Translations under genes and position numbers: made by a program
Notes under the pieces: generated by a model
The model's input: the letters and a program-made list of their open reading frames with translations, nothing else
Told to the model about the DNA's origin: nothing
Databases searched by the model: none
Part shown: positions 62,701 to 64,000 of the stretch, in pieces
Layout of the letters: each line of letters starts with the position of its first letter
Position numbering within the stretch: position 1 is the stretch's first letter
Assembly (NCBI GenBank): GCA_964016885.1
Contig: OZ024744.1
Coordinates: forward strand, 48,050,001 to 48,114,000
Length of the DNA: 64,000 nt
Direction of reading: 5' to 3'
Source of the DNA: Eledone cirrhosa
Lineage: Eukaryota

Positions 62701-64000
62701 ACCAAAACACCAACCACATCACATTAGACTATCAAGACCAGAACACCAACCACATTAGATTTCAAGACCAGAACACCAACCACATTATACTATCAAGACC
62801 AGAACACCAACCACATCACATTAGACTATCAAGAACAGAACACCAACCACATCAGATTAGACTATCAAGACCAGAACACCAACCACATCACATTAGACTA
62901 TCAAGACCAGAACACCAACCACATCACATTAGACTATCAAGACGTGAACACCAACCACATTAGACTATCAAGACCAGAACACCAACCACATTAGACTATC
63001 AAGACCAGAACACCAACCAGATTAGACTATCAAGACCAGAACACCAACCACATCACATTAGACTATCAAGACCAGAACACCAACAACATCACATTAGACT
63101 ATCAAGACCATAACAGCAACCATATTAGACTATCAAGACCAGAACACCAACCACATCACGTTAGACTATCAAGACCAGAACACCAACCACATTAGACTAT
63201 CAAGACCAGAAAACCAACCACATTAGACTATCAAGACCAGAACACCAACCACATCACATTAGAATATCAAGACCAGAACACCAACCACATTAGACTATCA
63301 AGACCAGAACACCAACCACATCACATTAGACTATCAAAACCAGAACACCAACCACATTAGACTATCAAGAACAGAACACCAACCACATTAGACTATCAAG
63401 AACAGAACACCAACCTCATTAGACTATCAAGACCAGAACACCAACCACATCACATTAGACTATCAAGACCAGAACACTAACAACATCACATAGTCTATCA
63501 AGACCAGAACACCAACAACATCACATTAGACTATAAAGACCAGAACACCAACAACATCACATTAGACTATCAAGACCAGAACACCACCCACATCACATTA
63601 GACTATCAAAACCAGAACACCAAACACATCACATAAGACTATCAAGACCAGAACACCAACCACATTAGACTACCATGACCAGAACAACAACCACATCACA
63701 TTAGACTATTAAGACCAGAACACCAACCACATCACATTAGACTATCAAGACCAGAACACCAACCACATTAGACTATCAAGACCAGAACTCCAACCACATC
63801 ACATTAGACTATCAAGACCAGAACACCAACCACATTAGACTATCAAGACCAGAACACCAACCACATCACATTAGACTATCAAGACCAGAACACCAACCAC
63901 ATCACATTAGAATATCAAGACCAGAACACCAACCACATCACATTAGACTATCAAGACCATAACACCAACCACATTAGACTATCAAGACCATAACACCAAC
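50730..64000. repeat. HOR copy 4 (short type, truncated by window end)
   Basis: Markers sit a constant 32,759 bp from copy 2 (19840/52599, 22124/54883, 24276/57035, 26989/59748, 29848/62607), and it has the same deletion as copy 2. Confidence 0.9.

Larger units (their letters stand above)
1..64000. repeat. Tandem satellite array of mixed 31-bp and 36-bp monomers, running off both window ends
   Basis: Every line consists of TTAGACTATCAAGACCAGAACACCAACCACA with or without an extra TCACA, all in one orientation, with scattered point variants. The 31-mer consensus has 14 A, 10 C, 4 T and 3 G (42% GC) and no CpG. Confidence 0.99.

Noticed and set aside
1-64000. CRISPR array (31-36 bp repeat length is CRISPR-like)
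   Set aside because: Repeats abut directly with no unique spacers, and there is no leader or cas gene.
1-64000. Repetitive protein-coding ORF on either strand
   Set aside because: Each monomer has TAG on the + strand and TGA, TAG and TAA on the - strand. The 31-bp units shift frame, so every frame is closed within a few monomers.
1-64000. Canonical telomerase-synthesised telomere
   Set aside because: No TTAGGG, TTAGG or TTTAGGG repeats (TTAGAC only resembles them). Point variants are copied in multi-kb blocks, which indicates recombination or replication-based amplification.
1-64000. Embedded transposon, rRNA/tRNA gene, inversion or unique island
   Set aside because: I found no non-satellite sequence or strand switch; even the divergent 43740-44650 block is made of the same monomer.
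1-64000. Variants as random sequencing error
   Set aside because: Most variants recur at fixed offsets in the same order across copies. Only the few singletons could be errors.
1-64000. Strong G-quadruplex array on the - strand
   Set aside because: Only GG doublets (three per monomer) and no GGG tracts, so at most weak two-tier structures; not supportable from sequence alone.
1-64000. Assignment to a named satellite family, species or centromere
   Set aside because: I do not recognise the monomer. A Dfam/Repbase/BLAST search and chromatin data would be needed.

Overview
The whole 64,000-bp window is one uninterrupted, head-to-tail satellite array, most likely eukaryotic. It is built from two interspersed monomers: 31 bp (TTAGACTATCAAGACCAGAACACCAACCACA) and 36 bp (the same plus TCACA). 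I can support no protein-coding gene, RNA gene, transposon or CRISPR array, and there is no unique flanking DNA. The informative structure lies in the order of rare monomer variants, which I traced by eye. They show a nested hierarchy: monomers form ~3-4 kb sub-blocks (a near-perfect 3948-bp tandem duplication and an older ~3.0-3.2 kb one). These form ~14.6-15.9 kb higher-order repeat (HOR) units, which alternate long/short and give a ~30.3 kb dimeric super-unit (32.8 kb across a 2.5-kb insertion). HOR copy 3 carries two apparent template-switch insertions, one containing ~0.9 kb of divergent satellite with variants not seen elsewhere in the window. I see no evidence for a new gene-encoded system. 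Function (centromeric, telomeric or neutral) cannot be determined from sequence alone, and assembly artefact must be excluded. HOR boundaries are arbitrary and marker-defined; breakpoints are approximate.
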